From the human T2T-CHM13v2.0 reference genome, Homo sapiens: a stretch of 64,000 nt of DNA. This document shows positions 25,202-37,339 of the stretch, piece by piece. The translations under genes were made by a program, and so were the position numbers. The number at the start of each line of letters is the position of its first letter. Positions within the stretch are counted from its first letter, which is position 1. The DNA is taken from NCBI RefSeq assembly GCF_009914755.1, contig NC_060929.1; one strand, written 5' to 3'. A model generated the notes under the pieces. The model was given only the letters and a program-made list of their open reading frames with translations, was not told the origin of the DNA and searched no databases.

Positions 25202-26084
25202 TATTGGCTTCTACCCCAGAACCAGGTTAGGTTCAAGAGTTCTCTCCCCCAGGCCCATGACCCATCTCCCACTGTTTCTTTTTTCATGAGTATATGCTAT
25301 TTTTTTCTATCGTTTAGTCATTGGAAGTGCAGCTGAGCTGGAGACTTGCTGTAGAAAAACATGGACATTCTCTGCAGCCTCTTCAGAGCTTCTTCAGAAC
25401 ACTTTTAAACAACTTTTCTTGCTAAGGAAAACTCCAACTGTTTATTTTCCTTCTTGGCAATAGGTTTTCCACAAGAACAGGATTCAACCCTACATCCAAC
25501 TTGCTCTCTTCTCTGGAATTGCCTTTGGCCTGCGCCATTCTCCTGTTGCAGAATACTTTTTGTTCTTCTGTCATCCTGGCTTAGAGGCCATAGAAAGAGG
25601 CACAGCATAAATTTAGGAAGGAAGATAATAAACAACTCAGGGACACATAAAATGTGTTTAAGGAGTGGCTGCTATTGCACTTCCTGCCAATTTGAGTGGA
25701 GATCTATAAATTCACAGCTTTCTAATTACCGACTTTGATTTTGGTCCCTGCCACTTAGACCTTCCAAGGCCTTTTTATGATTTCTGCATCCAAGTTAGAT
25801 AAAGAATGTGTTTTGATGAGGATTGTGGCAGCTTCCTGAGCCACTGGCCCACGAGTCCCTGAAGATTGCATTGCCTGTCCCACTTTATCATGATTCACTG
25901 TCATTATCTCACCCATTCTTGGCTTCAACTTTGGGGAGGAAGCTGAGCATCTACAGAAAGACCAGGAGTTCTGAGAAAAGCTTGCAGAGATATTTTATGT
26001 TTATGGCTTGGGTTTTAGCTCATTTTACACATAAATGTTGCTTTTCCTATGGAAATGTGATAATGACATGTTATTATGATTACA

Positions 26085-26215
26085 TAGATTCATTTATTCA
26101 CTTTATATTTATTGAACACCTACTATGCACCAGGTCATCAGGTGGAGACATTGAGGTAAAAAGGATGACAGGATTGCTGTGCATGGAGAGCCCCCCATCC
26201 AGGGGAGAGGGGGAT
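26085..26215 (-). mobile_element. L2 3' end fragment
   Basis: 'attcatttattc...tttattgaacacctactatgcaccagg'. Confidence 0.7.
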
Positions 26216-26393
26216 GTTGGCACGGTGGGGAGGGCCACAAAGAACCCTGAGTAGTTTGGGCCTGATAAATTTCCGTCTTGGCTAACTGTTAATTCCAGGT
26301 CATCACATTTCCTGCTTGAGCTACAAGTAGTCTCAGTCCAGAGCAAAATGAAATATGTAGATAACATCAGCCATGCCTGCGCCAAAGGGATAC

Positions 26394-26734
26394 TGTATTA
26401 GTCCATTTCTTGCTGGTATAACAGAATACCACACACTGGGTACTTTATAAAAGGAAAGAAGATTGTTTGGTTTTTAATTCTAGAGGCTGGAAAGGCCAAG
26501 GGCATGGCACCAGCCCCTGGCAGGGATCATCCCATGGCAGATGGCAGAAAGCAGAAGGCACAAGCAAGCTGGAGAGAGACAGAGAAATGGGGCAGAACTT
26601 ACCCTTTCATCAGGAGCTCACTCCCATAATAATGGCATTATTATTAATCACCTCTTACAGGTCCTACTTCTCAACACTGTTATAATGGCAATGACATTTC
26701 AACATGAGTTTTGGTGGGAATTCAAATCATAGCA
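26394..26734 (-). mobile_element. MST (MSTC-like) MaLR solo LTR
   Basis: 'tgtattagtccattt...ataacagaataccacacactgggt...tttcaacatgagttttgg...caaatcatagca'. Confidence 0.8.
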
Positions 26735-27404
26735 GATGCTGTCCACCTACTCAGGCTGGAAGAACTTACTAGAGGAGCAATGTTCTACCCTGCTCCTTTC
26801 ACTAGAAAGCCATGCAAGCTCAGGATATGTTTCTGTGTCCCTTCTGGGGGCAGCCACTCACAGCTTGTCTATACCCCACCCACACAGTCAGAAAGAACCC
26901 AGTCTTTTTCTGCACAATAATGGAATCTTATGTAACATGTTGGAACAGAATCAGGGAAGGAGTCCTTTCTCAATTTAGATAAGTTGTGCTTTCCTTATAG
27001 CAAAACTTTGTTTTGTTGTTTTACTTTTTTGGAGATGAGCTTACTTGGTCGGCAGGTCATCCGTTCCAAGCATCACAGGCAATATGCTCACTAGTGGAGA
27101 AAAAGCAGAACCATGGTCCCCAGGGTCTCCACAGCCTGCACTTATGGTGGAGGGAAGGGGCCGACCCAAAAATGCACCAGCAAAACGACCTTCACAGAGA
27201 AAAGAAGGGGCTCTCCTGGGAGAAGGATTTGGTGGCCAGACTTTAGCAGGGCTGAAGGGAGCACAAGCATGGATTCGGGGATGATCAGGGTAAAGCTCAG
27301 GTCATGGGGTGCTGCCCCTCCCCTCACAGGGGCAGGGAAAAGCCCCTGCAAGGCTGGTCCAACCTGCATTCCCCCAGACCCTGCTAGGAGGCCCCGCCCC
27401 TTGG

Positions 27405-27536
27405 CCTGGCTTGTTCAAACACACTCAGAGTTCCAACTGGACAGGTCTAGGTGGGGTCCAACAATTTGCATGTCTAACAACTTCCCTGGGTGATGCTGAT
27501 ACTGCCAGTCCAGGGACCCCACTTTGGGAGCCACTG
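27405..27536. mobile_element. MER5A hAT MITE fragment
   Basis: 'tttgcatgtctaacaacttccctgggtgatgctgat...ccactttgggagccactg'. Confidence 0.7.
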
Positions 27537-28279
27537 AAGTTATCCCTTCAGCTTGCTGTATGGTAATTCCACGGACCCTGTAAACTCTAGATGCTGCAAT
27601 GACAAAGTGAAATAATGGATGGAAAAGAAGTGGCCAGAGAGTCACAAGGAGCTCAAGGATTTTCAAATATATTTTGATCATATTATTGTTCACTTAAAAA
27701 TGAGGATCATGGAAGTCTTTGGGCCTAAGACATTGGATTTTTAAAGAACTTCTTACGACTAAAGAACTACAGCTTTAGTTCTTAGCTGTGGTTTCCTTCC
27801 AGTTGATGTCAGCTAATATTAAGCAGTATTACGTCTCCTAAATCACTCTTTACAGCCCCCATGGTATTTAAAATATCTTCTGTTTCCAACATCCTGGAAT
27901 ACTTAACTAACCCTTTTCCAGATCAAATGAAATCCCTGGTGTTTTTGTTTATTTACAGTTTTTGGAGGTGGCATGAGAGCTGAGGCTTATTGTTGGCACA
28001 CAGCGGGTGTTTTTCACCCTGTGCTACCTAGAGGTTAATTGAAATGAACACCCTGGAATAGAGAAAGTAACCAAATACGAGGAAGGCAGAAAAATGTGCA
28101 GCCTCAGGTCCAGCCTGCTGCTCCATTGATTAATATAAATGGCAAAATCCCAGAAACTGAGAGCACACAGGCCCCAGGGCTGCGTCTGAGTGACCCAAAT
28201 CGTCAGCCAGGACTTCGGACTTACTAGTCCTATATTTTGTCCTTTGGGGATATCTTGCATCACACTTTTTATTATGGTT

Positions 28280-28493
28280 AACATTTTATTTTGGAAATAA
28301 TTTTAATCAACATTTAAGAAAAAGTTAGAAAAACAGACAAGAACAACTGTATTCCCTTTACTCAGAACCAACCGTTGTTACCTGTTTGCCCACCTGCTGT
28401 TTCATTTATTCTCTGTCTCTGATTATGTGTGTGTGTGTGTGCGTGGTTTTTGTAATATATGTATGGTATGTATGTGTATGTATATTACAAAAA

Positions 28494-28537
<44 letters not shown>

Positions 28538-28985
28538 CACTTTAAGGCATGACACTCTCCCGCTCTTCATCAAAATCCACCTGCCCCCTGAATAGACCAA
28601 GCATTCACGGATGCCGAAGCATTCACAGTTGCTGCGCATTCATGATGGTTCTCATCTGAACCATTCTTTACCATGAAGGCTACGGAATGAGGCTTTTCGA
28701 AGCTCAGCACACCCTCCTCATGGACCAGCCCAACTTGGCACTTGACTGCAAGCAAGAGCTTCCCCTTCTCCCCTGTCTATTTTATGGACCTATTTATTAT
28801 TGACATTGACTCACTGACTCATTTGCAATAATTCACTGTTATCCTTATTTTTTTGGAATGCCACTTGTCCTGGGCTTGGCTAGTGGGAGCTCCTTCCTGT
28901 GGCTCCGTGTCCTTGTGTGACATGCTCCTGTCATTTTTTATTTTAAGCAGTTTCTTACTTTCTAATGCAATAAGATGTTTCAAAC
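28280..28985 (-). mobile_element. Old L1 (L1MC-like) fragment containing (TG)n and (CA)n microsatellites
   Basis: 'tttattttggaaataatttt' and 'ttggctagtgggagctccttc...gtgtccttgtgtgacatg'; continues after the MER31 insertion. Confidence 0.6.
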
Positions 28986-29439
28986 TGACAAAGATTCTCT
29001 CCTTGACCAAACTCTACTCAGGCCCTTTTGAGATCTTTTTCAACTAGACCTTGACTTTGGGACTTCTGGGTTTGTCTCTGTGTTGTCCAATTTTAGCAAG
29101 AATTTGTTTAAGTCAGTTCAGCCCGAATCCACCATTCTCCATATCTAGTCATGCTAGATATCTAATCAGGTTTCTCATTCCCCACGATCCCCTGGGAGAT
29201 GTCAGCTCACCCTGTCTGCCTTCAGCTAGTCTCTCCCCTGGCCTCCAATGTTTCCCTTCAGTAATTTTCCATCCACTGATGCCCACCCTGCCCCTTGGCT
29301 ATAAATTCTCCCTTTTTCATGTATTCAGAATTGAGGCCAGTTCTGTACTGGGGTCTCTTTTACCCTATTGCAATAGTTTTTCTGAATAAATATGTTTTCA
29401 CCATTTTACCTAACCACTATGTATGGTTTCTCTTTGACA
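28986..29439 (+). mobile_element. MER31-family ERV1 solo LTR
   Basis: 'tgacaaagattctctccttgaccaaactct...tctctttgaca'; 4-bp TSD 'aaac'. Confidence 0.85.
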
Positions 29440-29579
29440 AAACTCATCTATTTTCCCCACCCTCTCTCTGGGTTCTATCTTTTTTATGCCTAAAACAAGG
29501 CAACTGACATCCATCTGGTTTACTTTAATGCTATAAAGAGTGTGTTCTTTACTACGTATCTGGGGTTCTGAATGGAAGT

Positions 29580-30000
29580 CTTCTGGTCAAATAGGACTCC
29601 TTGGTAGCAAGAGACAGAAAATCTGACTTGAATGAGCATGAGAAAAACATCCATTAATTGGTCAAAAGAAGCCAAGGGAGAGTTGAACAATGAACCCCTG
29701 GGAGGGGAGGAATGCATCTGGCCCCAGGGACCGCTGACAACGAGGATGCAGATGCTGCCAGAAAGTCTCCCAGAGCCTCATCTTTGCTTCTCCCAGTGGG
29801 CCACTGCAGCCCTGAGCCATGTCCCTCAATGGCAGAACATGGCATGACACCCCTGCTCAGTTTCTACCACCAGGGAATTCCTGTTCAAAAAACAGGGAAG
29901 AAACTCTGAATCTTCTGGCTTGGATGAGGTTTCCAATCCTGGGTTAATCAAGAGGGCCACGGATGCAAGCTCATAAGAGAGGACAGATCTGGCCAAACGG
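29580..30000 (-). mobile_element. Old MLT1-like LTR relic
   Basis: 'ggactccttggtagcaagagacagaaaatctgacttgaa' resembles old MLT1 termini. Confidence 0.45.
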
Positions 30001-30381
30001 AAGGAAGAGTGGAGGAGGGCCAGGAAGCACTGAGCAGACAATCGTGTGCCTGTCTATCACAAACATGATGGCTGCTGACTCCTGCTCACTATGCTTAGGT
30101 GTCAAAAGGGAGTTACTTTTTTTCTTCTAGGTGATACTGGATGGTAAAGTTTCCAACAACTACAAAACCATATGATGTTCCTGACAAAGTTACATGGGTA
30201 ATAGCAGTGAAGTATTGAGAATGTCAACCAACACCACCTCCTTGTCTCACATTTATTTGTCTGCACTGTGGCATTATGTTTATTGTGTAAATATTGAAAA
30301 AGCCATCAGGAGAGAAAGACACTTGGAGATCGGTCCTAACTTTCTGTAACCTTGGGCAACTGGCTCAGCCTCTTGGACATA

Positions 30382-31091
30382 TGTCAGCAGTGGTGAATCC
30401 TCATGGGTCTGCAGCAACCTCAGTTCTTGCTTCCTCAGAAAAAAGAAATTTGACTGAGGAGGCAGAAGGCAGAAGGAAAGACAGAGACTGAGGCAAGTTT
30501 TAGAGCAGGAGTGGAAATTTATTAAAAAGCGTTAGAGCAGGAATAAAGGAAGTAAAGTACACTTGGAAGAGAGCCAAGCAGGCGACATGAGAGATCAAGG
30601 GTACTGTTTGACGTTTGACTTGGGGTTTTATATGTTGGCATGCTTTTGGGGTCTTGTGTCCCTTCTCCATGATTCTTTCCTTGGGGGAGGCTGTCCACAT
30701 GCACAGTGGCCTGCCAGCACGTGGGAGGGCCACATGGGCAGTGTGTTTACTGGAGTTGTGCGCGTGCTCACTTTGAGGCGTTCTTCCCTTCCAGTTGAAT
30801 GTTCCTAGAAGGTCACAGACCGGTTAAACACCACCATTTTGCCTCTTGATGTGCAAGCTTGAGCCCACTTGCCCAACTCTTGAGATGTTATCGGGAAGCT
30901 GCCGATCACCAGCTTCAGCTGTTTTCTATCTATTGGGAGACTGGTTTTCCCTGTGCTGGCTGTGACCAATTATTATTTTAGAGAGACTGTAACAACTGCC
31001 TGAGCATCACCAGATGGTGGCCTGACATTCCTGGGGGAAGGGAGGGGCCTCTCCTGCCTTGCTCATCTCCACCAGACTACCCACTGTAACA
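30382..31091 (-). mobile_element. MER50 ERV1 solo LTR
   Basis: 'tgtcagcagtggtgaatcctcatgggtctgcagcaacctcagttcttg...gactacccactgtaaca'. Confidence 0.85.
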
Positions 31092-33090
31092 CTTGGGCTA
31101 GCTTGAAAGTCCCTTGCTGCTCTAACATCCCATGATTGCATGGTCTGTGTTCAAGGAGGCTCATTATTTTGACAGTTTTGGCCTTGCTTTGTGTAGAGCT
31201 CAGCCAACCCATGACTGTTGGTGACCACAGATGGACAGAGAACCCAGTCATGGACCAGCCTCCTTCCCTCCCTATTACCTAATTCCCAACTCCCTTCTGG
31301 CAGCCTTTGACATTCTTCTGGTTTGGAATCCATCTGTGGGTCCTGTTTCATCCATCAAATTCCAAATTATGTTCATCTATTGCCATAACAACAAGTGGAC
31401 AGCATGAGGCTGCCGGCCTTTTCTACCCCAAAGTGACAGCCACTGTGCTTATCATCCGGGAACAGCCTCACCACACAAAGCCACCCATGTTTGCAGACCT
31501 CATCATCACTGCCATGGTGGTCATAACAGCAGCCACTCCCACCACTCACTGGGAGGAGCTCCATGAGGCTAGGGCCTCCACCAGGATTACAGGACCTATA
31601 GAAAGACATTTGGAAGTGGGTGCTGAGTTACAGGCAGGGTTAGGTGACTTGTGTTTTGACTCTATTATGAATGTGTCATGTTTTTGGGAGTATGAACATG
31701 CCTGGAAAGTGGAGTTGAGACTAAACTATTGGTTCCACCATAAGGGATGGGATTAGTGGTTCCTGGGCCCTGCCAGCAATGCAGCTGTATAGACAAGCCA
31801 CGGTGACCTAATCTCCCCAAGTATGAGCTGGCTCCTCCAGCTGTGACGGGGGAGTTCTAGCTGGAGGATGTGAGATAGATTTGAGTGGAGTGGGAAAGTC
31901 TGTGAGTGTCTGTGGATGTGAGAGGAGAAAGGGGATGGCTGTATTAAAGAGAAAGTAATATACCTATGATTACAGAGGGAGACCATGTGGGCAGGTGGTG
32001 AGTATTCCTGTGCTCAGGAAAAAGGAAAAAGGAAATGGAGAAGATACAGGCACCAAACAAATTAAGAAGAAGGCAATGCCCATGGGAGAAGCAAAGACCA
32101 GCAGAAAAGGGGACGGACCACTCTCGTCCAAAGGAAGTGAGTCATGCTCCATTTGCAGAAAAGTGGCAATAAAAAAAGTTGGTAAAATCAGTACGTTTTA
32201 AAATATTTGGTTATTTTCAAAAAAAGGATTAGGGAGATGTTGAGTCCTCATTTTGAGCAGACTTTCCCTGGTGCTGAGTGTGGTCAAGCTCACATCTTCC
32301 CCCACATGGTTCCTTGAGACTTAATGAGGAGGCATTCTTGTACATATTTCTTCCATTCACCTCGTTAATTTCCAGCACATTATTCCAATTGTAGTTAAAT
32401 CATTCATCGTGTAATTAGCTGATGGTCTAATTTTACTCTCTCTCTTCCTTTTCTCCTTCCCTCCTGCCATCCTATCTCTTTTGGATAGATTGACAGGTGA
32501 ACAACAACTTAAAGCGAAGAAATTTCAACAAGTCTTTGGTTTATTTTAACCAAACTTTTTCTACATATTTTTAGATAGTTAAAAAATCAATAAGGAATTA
32601 TTGAAAGCATGTTTTTCCAGGCCTTTTGAGCTTAAAAATTAAAGACAATATCCCAAGGAAAGGATGCAACTAAATTTTTTAGACAATAAACTTCAAATAC
32701 TCATATTTCATGTATTTATTTATATCAAAATGAAACTGAATATTTAAACTAGAATGATAGAGCACGTAAATTCAATTACTTAGCTGTCACTCATTCTAAG
32801 AATACAAACATATAAGTGACTCAATCAAAAGTGGATATTTTAAAAATATATAGAACAAATTATAATTTCTGAAAGGCTCAAATTAACCAGTTTAGAATGT
32901 TCAAAATTTGGTCCAAAAGCTGGAAACCAACTCCTGTAAAATTAGCATACTTTATACAAATGGATTAATCCAGAAGACAATACAAGATCCCTGTGTACTC
33001 CTGTGAATTCAGCTTCCTTCTGTGTCTTTGTGTCAATATTGTAGCCATAGCATTGTTGATCGAGATACATAAAAGTCCTAGTGATTTTGA

Positions 33091-33145
33091 CTGGATGTGT
33101 GGCTGTCTGTTGCCTTTCCATGCACATCCTGTGTGAATCCCTCTA
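33091..33145. repeat. Left arm of a 55-bp inverted repeat (partner 34474-34528)
   Basis: 'ctggatgtgtggctgtctgttgcctttccatgcacatcctgtgtgaatccctcta' matches the reverse complement of 34474-34528 at 46/55 positions (hand count). Confidence 0.85.
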
Positions 33146-33162
33146 TATAGAGAGAGAGGAAG

Positions 33163-33165
<3 letters not shown>

Positions 33166-33208
<43 letters not shown>

Positions 33209-33219
33209 TGTGTGTGTGT
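33166..33219. repeat. (TG)n microsatellite at the position of the retrocopy poly(A) tail
   Basis: Starts about 16 nt downstream of the minus-strand AATAAA at 33236-33241. Confidence 0.95.
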
Positions 33220-34426
33220 ATTGGACTTGGCAAGGTTTATTTGGAAGGGCACAGAGTCTATCTCACTCCCCCAGGTCCTGAGAGTGCACTGGAGGGAAAG
33301 GGGTGGATTTCAGGGAACTTTCTTGCTGTGTTGGATGCTCTTGGGGAACGGCTGCAGGCCCAGCCAGAGCTGCAGCAAGAGGACAGCATGGCACACATGC
33401 TGGGCAGCAGAGCAGTAGGATGTGGAGGGGTATGTGTTCCAGGAGAGCTCCATGAGCCCCACCACCAGCAACCTGAGCAGGTGTGTGAGCCAGTGTGCAG
33501 TCCTGGCCCACAGGAGGTAGGGCAGTGTGTGGAAATACCAGACACAGAACTGGTAGTGGAGGGAGGTGGCTAAAGCAGATGCCAATGAAGTTAGAGGTGA
33601 AGAGGGTAGAAACGATCTGGTTGGCTATGAAGGGCTTGGGTGGAACCTTCCTTTTGGAGGGATCCTTCATCAGTGACAAGATACATTCCCCCATCCTGGG
33701 CCACCAGTAGAGGGTAAACAGCAAGAGCAAGGTGAGGTGGGTGGCCATCAGGGCCAGGTGGAAGGCACGGTGCAGGCAGAGAGCCCCTGGGAGGAAGCAC
33801 CAGTTCATTGTCCAGCAGAACAGAAACTGGCGGCCAAGGTCAAAGGAGCGAGACAGGTAGCCAGTGGGCTTCTCCAGCAGGAAGGGCAGCCCCAGCACCA
33901 CCTGAAGGCCAACACAGATGCCCAGCTTGGGGAAGGCCCCACGGCAGCCAAACTGTGTGAGGAGAAGAAACAGTAACCCAGGGGCGAACAGCAGCACTTT
34001 CATCTTCACAGAGGCTGCCAGGCTGGAACACCAGCAGCCCCAGCCCCAGCGCTGGACCAGCAGGAGGCTGATACCGAGGGCACTGGGTCATAGGAGAGCC
34101 ACAGCACAAAGGTGCAGTGGACACAGTAAGAGGCGTGGCACATGAAAAATAAGATAAAGGGAGGTACCTTGTAGGTCTGGAGGTAGATCAAGAAGACAAG
34201 CAGCAAGGTGGCCAGGCAGAGCACAGCAAAGATGTTCTGGACATGTGAATGTCAGTGCCTCGGCCAGGGGCATAGAACAGCCCCATAAAGATGGACACAA
34301 AACCAGCTGGGTACACAAGTGGCCCACTGTCACAGGCCACTGTCATAGACAGCTGGGTCTAGTCATAGGTACCGCTGATGACGCCTTCCACCTGGGCCAT
34401 GTAGGCCTTCTGGTCGATCTCTGTGT
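33220..34426 (-). pseudogene. ALG3P1: Processed pseudogene of ALG3 (Dol-P-Man-dependent alpha-1,3-mannosyltransferase)
   Basis: Intronless ALG3 peptides across frames: TEIDxKAYMAxVEGVI, [20 protein letters not shown], [43 protein letters not shown], [20 protein letters not shown], QPFPKSxQHSKK-stop (33310). 3' UTR carries AATAAA. Premature stop, indels and frameshifts are present. The P1 symbol is from memory. Confidence 0.95.
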
Positions 34427-34473
34427 CTTTCACTAATTTTCAGATTTTGTAATAGGAGTCGTTCAGGTACCTG

Positions 34474-34528
34474 TAGAGGAACTGGCACAGGATGTGCAGG
34501 GAAAGGAGGAAGACAGCCACACATCCAG
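34474..34528. repeat. Right arm of the 55-bp inverted repeat (partner 33091-33145)
   Basis: 'tagaggaactggcacaggatgtgcagggaaaggaggaagacagccacacatccag'. Confidence 0.85.
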
Positions 34529-34557
34529 GTGAGCCAGGTGTGAGAAAACATGGATAG

Positions 34558-34885
34558 GGCCAGGCGTGATAATCCCAGTGCTTTGGGAGGCCAAGGCAAG
34601 TGGATCACCTGAGGTCAGGAGTTCGAGACCAACCTGAGTAACATGGCGAAACTCCATCTCTACTAAAAATACAGAAATTAGCCAGGTGTGGTGGCGGGTG
34701 TCTGTAATCCCAGCTACTTGGGAGGTTGAGGAAGGAGAATTGCTTGAACCTGAGAGGTGGAAGTTGTAGTGAGCTGAGGTCATGTCACTGCACTCAGTGA
34801 GCTGAGATTGCACCACTACACTCCAGCCTGGGTGAGAGAGCAAGACTCCATCTCAAAAAAAAAAAAAGAAAAGAAAGAAAGAAAG
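34558..34885 (+). mobile_element. AluS SINE with a small 5' deletion and an internal 28-bp duplication
   Basis: 'ggccaggcgtgataatcccag' lacks 'gtggctcacgcctg'; 'agtgagctgag...cactc' occurs twice (34768-34823). Confidence 0.93.
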
Positions 34886-35375
34886 AGAACATGAGCAGAT
34901 GCATTACAGATTTGACTCAAAAGCAACTGTTTCAGAGGTTCAAATTGATCTATGCACCCTTCTAAGGGACTCAAATGGTTAAGAATGTCACCAGACGAAT
35001 CTCAGAGTAAAAACCAAAGCCCAAAAAGACTGCTCCAAAAAGAGACTCATCATCACGAACTTCTAGGTCAATTACACATTTTAAGGTCACCAGAGCAGGA
35101 ATGTCACTAAGGCGAATTTTTTCTTCAGGACCTGCTAAACAATGACAATACTCAGATCAGGAAAGTAAATGAACTTATTGGGACCGATTTTAAATTATCT
35201 CAATTGCCTGAATGAGCGCTATATTCATTTTCATCGTTGTCCCACCCCAGGCTTCTGGTAAAGCCCTAGCGTTTCAATTACTTTACAAAAAGTCTTAAAA
35301 AGCAAGTTAATTCTCATTTCACACTCAAGTGAATCAGCTTTTACTTTGAGTTTCCGTAATGACAAAGTAAGTCTT

Positions 35376-35738
35376 TGATATGCTTTGGCTATGTCCCCAC
35401 TCAAATCTCATCATGAATTATAGCTCCTGTAATCCCCACATGTTGTGGAAGGGACTCGGTGGGAGGTAACTGAATCCTGGGGGTGGATTTTTCCCATGCT
35501 GTTCTCATGATAATGAATAAGTCTCACGAGATCTGATGGTTTTATAAAGGGAAGTTCCCCTGAAAGCATTCTCTTGCCTGTTGCCATGTAAGACGTGCCT
35601 TTGCTTCTCCTTCGCCTTCCACCGTGATTGTGATGCCTCCCCAGCCATGTGGAACTGCGAGTCCATTAAACCTCTTTTTCTTTATAAATTACACAGTCTT
35701 GGGTATTTATTCATAGCAGTATGAAATGGACAAATACA
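35376..35738 (+). mobile_element. THE1 (C/D-like) solo LTR
   Basis: 'tgatatgctttggctatgtcccca...gacaaataca'; TSD gtctt/gcctt. Confidence 0.9.
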
Positions 35739-36561
35739 GCCTTAATGAAAATTGCCCTTTGAGTATAAAAATTACAGGGCCAGAGCAAATCTTTCCAAAG
35801 CAAGCAATCTTGGATTCTGTCTACAAGTTGCGATTAACCCACCTGGGACAAGAAGAATGTGTGTTTTCAAATGGCCACCGATCTGTTGCAATAAATAGTA
35901 TTTTCAAAAGTAAGGGATGCGGGAGTAGAGCAGTAGCACTTAGTCAGCTTAATTTTTTATTACCACACTTAGTGTGTACCCTAAATGTACCCTGAATGCA
36001 GGTTCTTGAGGTGCCAGTCTTTTGAGATGTGCTGGACCTGAGAAAGGGGCCAGGTGTAGTGGGTGCTTAGGGCCACCAGGTGCTTTGAGCCATGGCAGAG
36101 CTCAACAGTCATCCTTGTTTTCCTAACACACAGTCTGTGGAGGCTGTTGCCCTTGTGAAGCTGTCCCGACCATCCTCCAGTAAAGCCACAAGCACAGGAG
36201 GGAAGAAGGCCAACAGATATGGGAGATGTAGGAGAAATACATGGAGAAAAACATGGACTACTTCCATTTCAATAAAACTTCTTTGAGCATCTGAGCATCT
36301 TTTGTCACTACATTTTTGTCCCCTTGCAAATCTGGTGCTGGTACATAAATCTGTTTCCATGAATATTTACTGAGTTGACCATCTGCTAGAACTTGAATTT
36401 CAAGCTGGGAATGCAGGGCTTAAGGAATACCTGTGATGCTGTGGACGGCCCAGGCAGAAGGTCAGGGCCCACCCAACTGTAGAACCCCGTATCTCCTGGC
36501 CACCAAATGTGCCAACTTTGAAGTGAAATAAAAACCAATAATCTCTTCTGTCCATTTTAGG

Positions 36562-37339
36562 TGTGAAAGGAAAATAAAATCTTTGCACCCCAAACTCATT
36601 ATGCCAAGGAGACAGTTAAGCTTGGGAACTAAGTCATGCAAAAAAGAAAAAGAAAAGAAAAGAAGAAAACTTGCCTTCTTTTTTGTTCCCACACAGATGG
36701 CTGCAATGACAGAAGGCCACATATCTCCCCAGGTGGCCTCCCTCACAAATTGCTCACATGGAAATTTTGTATGGGCCCCCAGATATTTCAGAATACATAT
36801 CCCCCTTATAACCCATAACCCTAAAGCAGAGTTCTATGGAATCTCACCTGACAGTGTAAAGTAGTAGCTTATCTTCACAGGCATGGGACAAAAACAAGAC
36901 TAGAATGCTCCCTCCCTCTGCCCACCCTGAAACAAATGTACATTTGACTTCTTCCTCTACTCTGTGTTTACCTTATCCTGTATAAAATACAGATTTACTG
37001 AATGCAGATTTACAAGTGCAGATTTACAAATGCATAATTAACTGTTTCTCTACTCCCTCTTTTCACATGTAAAACGTGGATTCAGCCAGTGCTAATCAAA
37101 GCCTCACTAGAATGTAACACTCCACTCATCGTCTACCTTCCTCCCCTTCTTTTCTTCCTTCCCTTGCTGCTCACTCTTTGCCTTTTAAATACAGAAGTCC
37201 TCAAAACCTTCTTTGGAAAAAGCCCTGACCACAAATCCTATTGTGACTTATGTCTCTTTCTCCTGGACACATCCTCAACCTTGGCAAAAATAAACCTCTA
37301 AATTGATTCAGATCTGATTCCGATACTTTTTGGTTTACA
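36562..37339 (+). mobile_element. MER4 (D/E-like) ERV1 solo LTR
   Basis: 'tgtgaaaggaaaataaaatc...aataaacctctaaattgatt...ttggtttaca'; TSD tagg/tagt. Confidence 0.85.

Noticed and set aside
28426-28533. (TG)n and (CA)n tracts in inverted arrangement
   Set aside because: A common microsatellite juxtaposition in old L1 sequence, with nothing suggesting function.
33263-34009. 248-aa ORF as a functional ALG3 paralogue
   Set aside because: It is one frame of a decayed retrocopy, with frameshifts on both sides, an upstream stop and no N-terminus.
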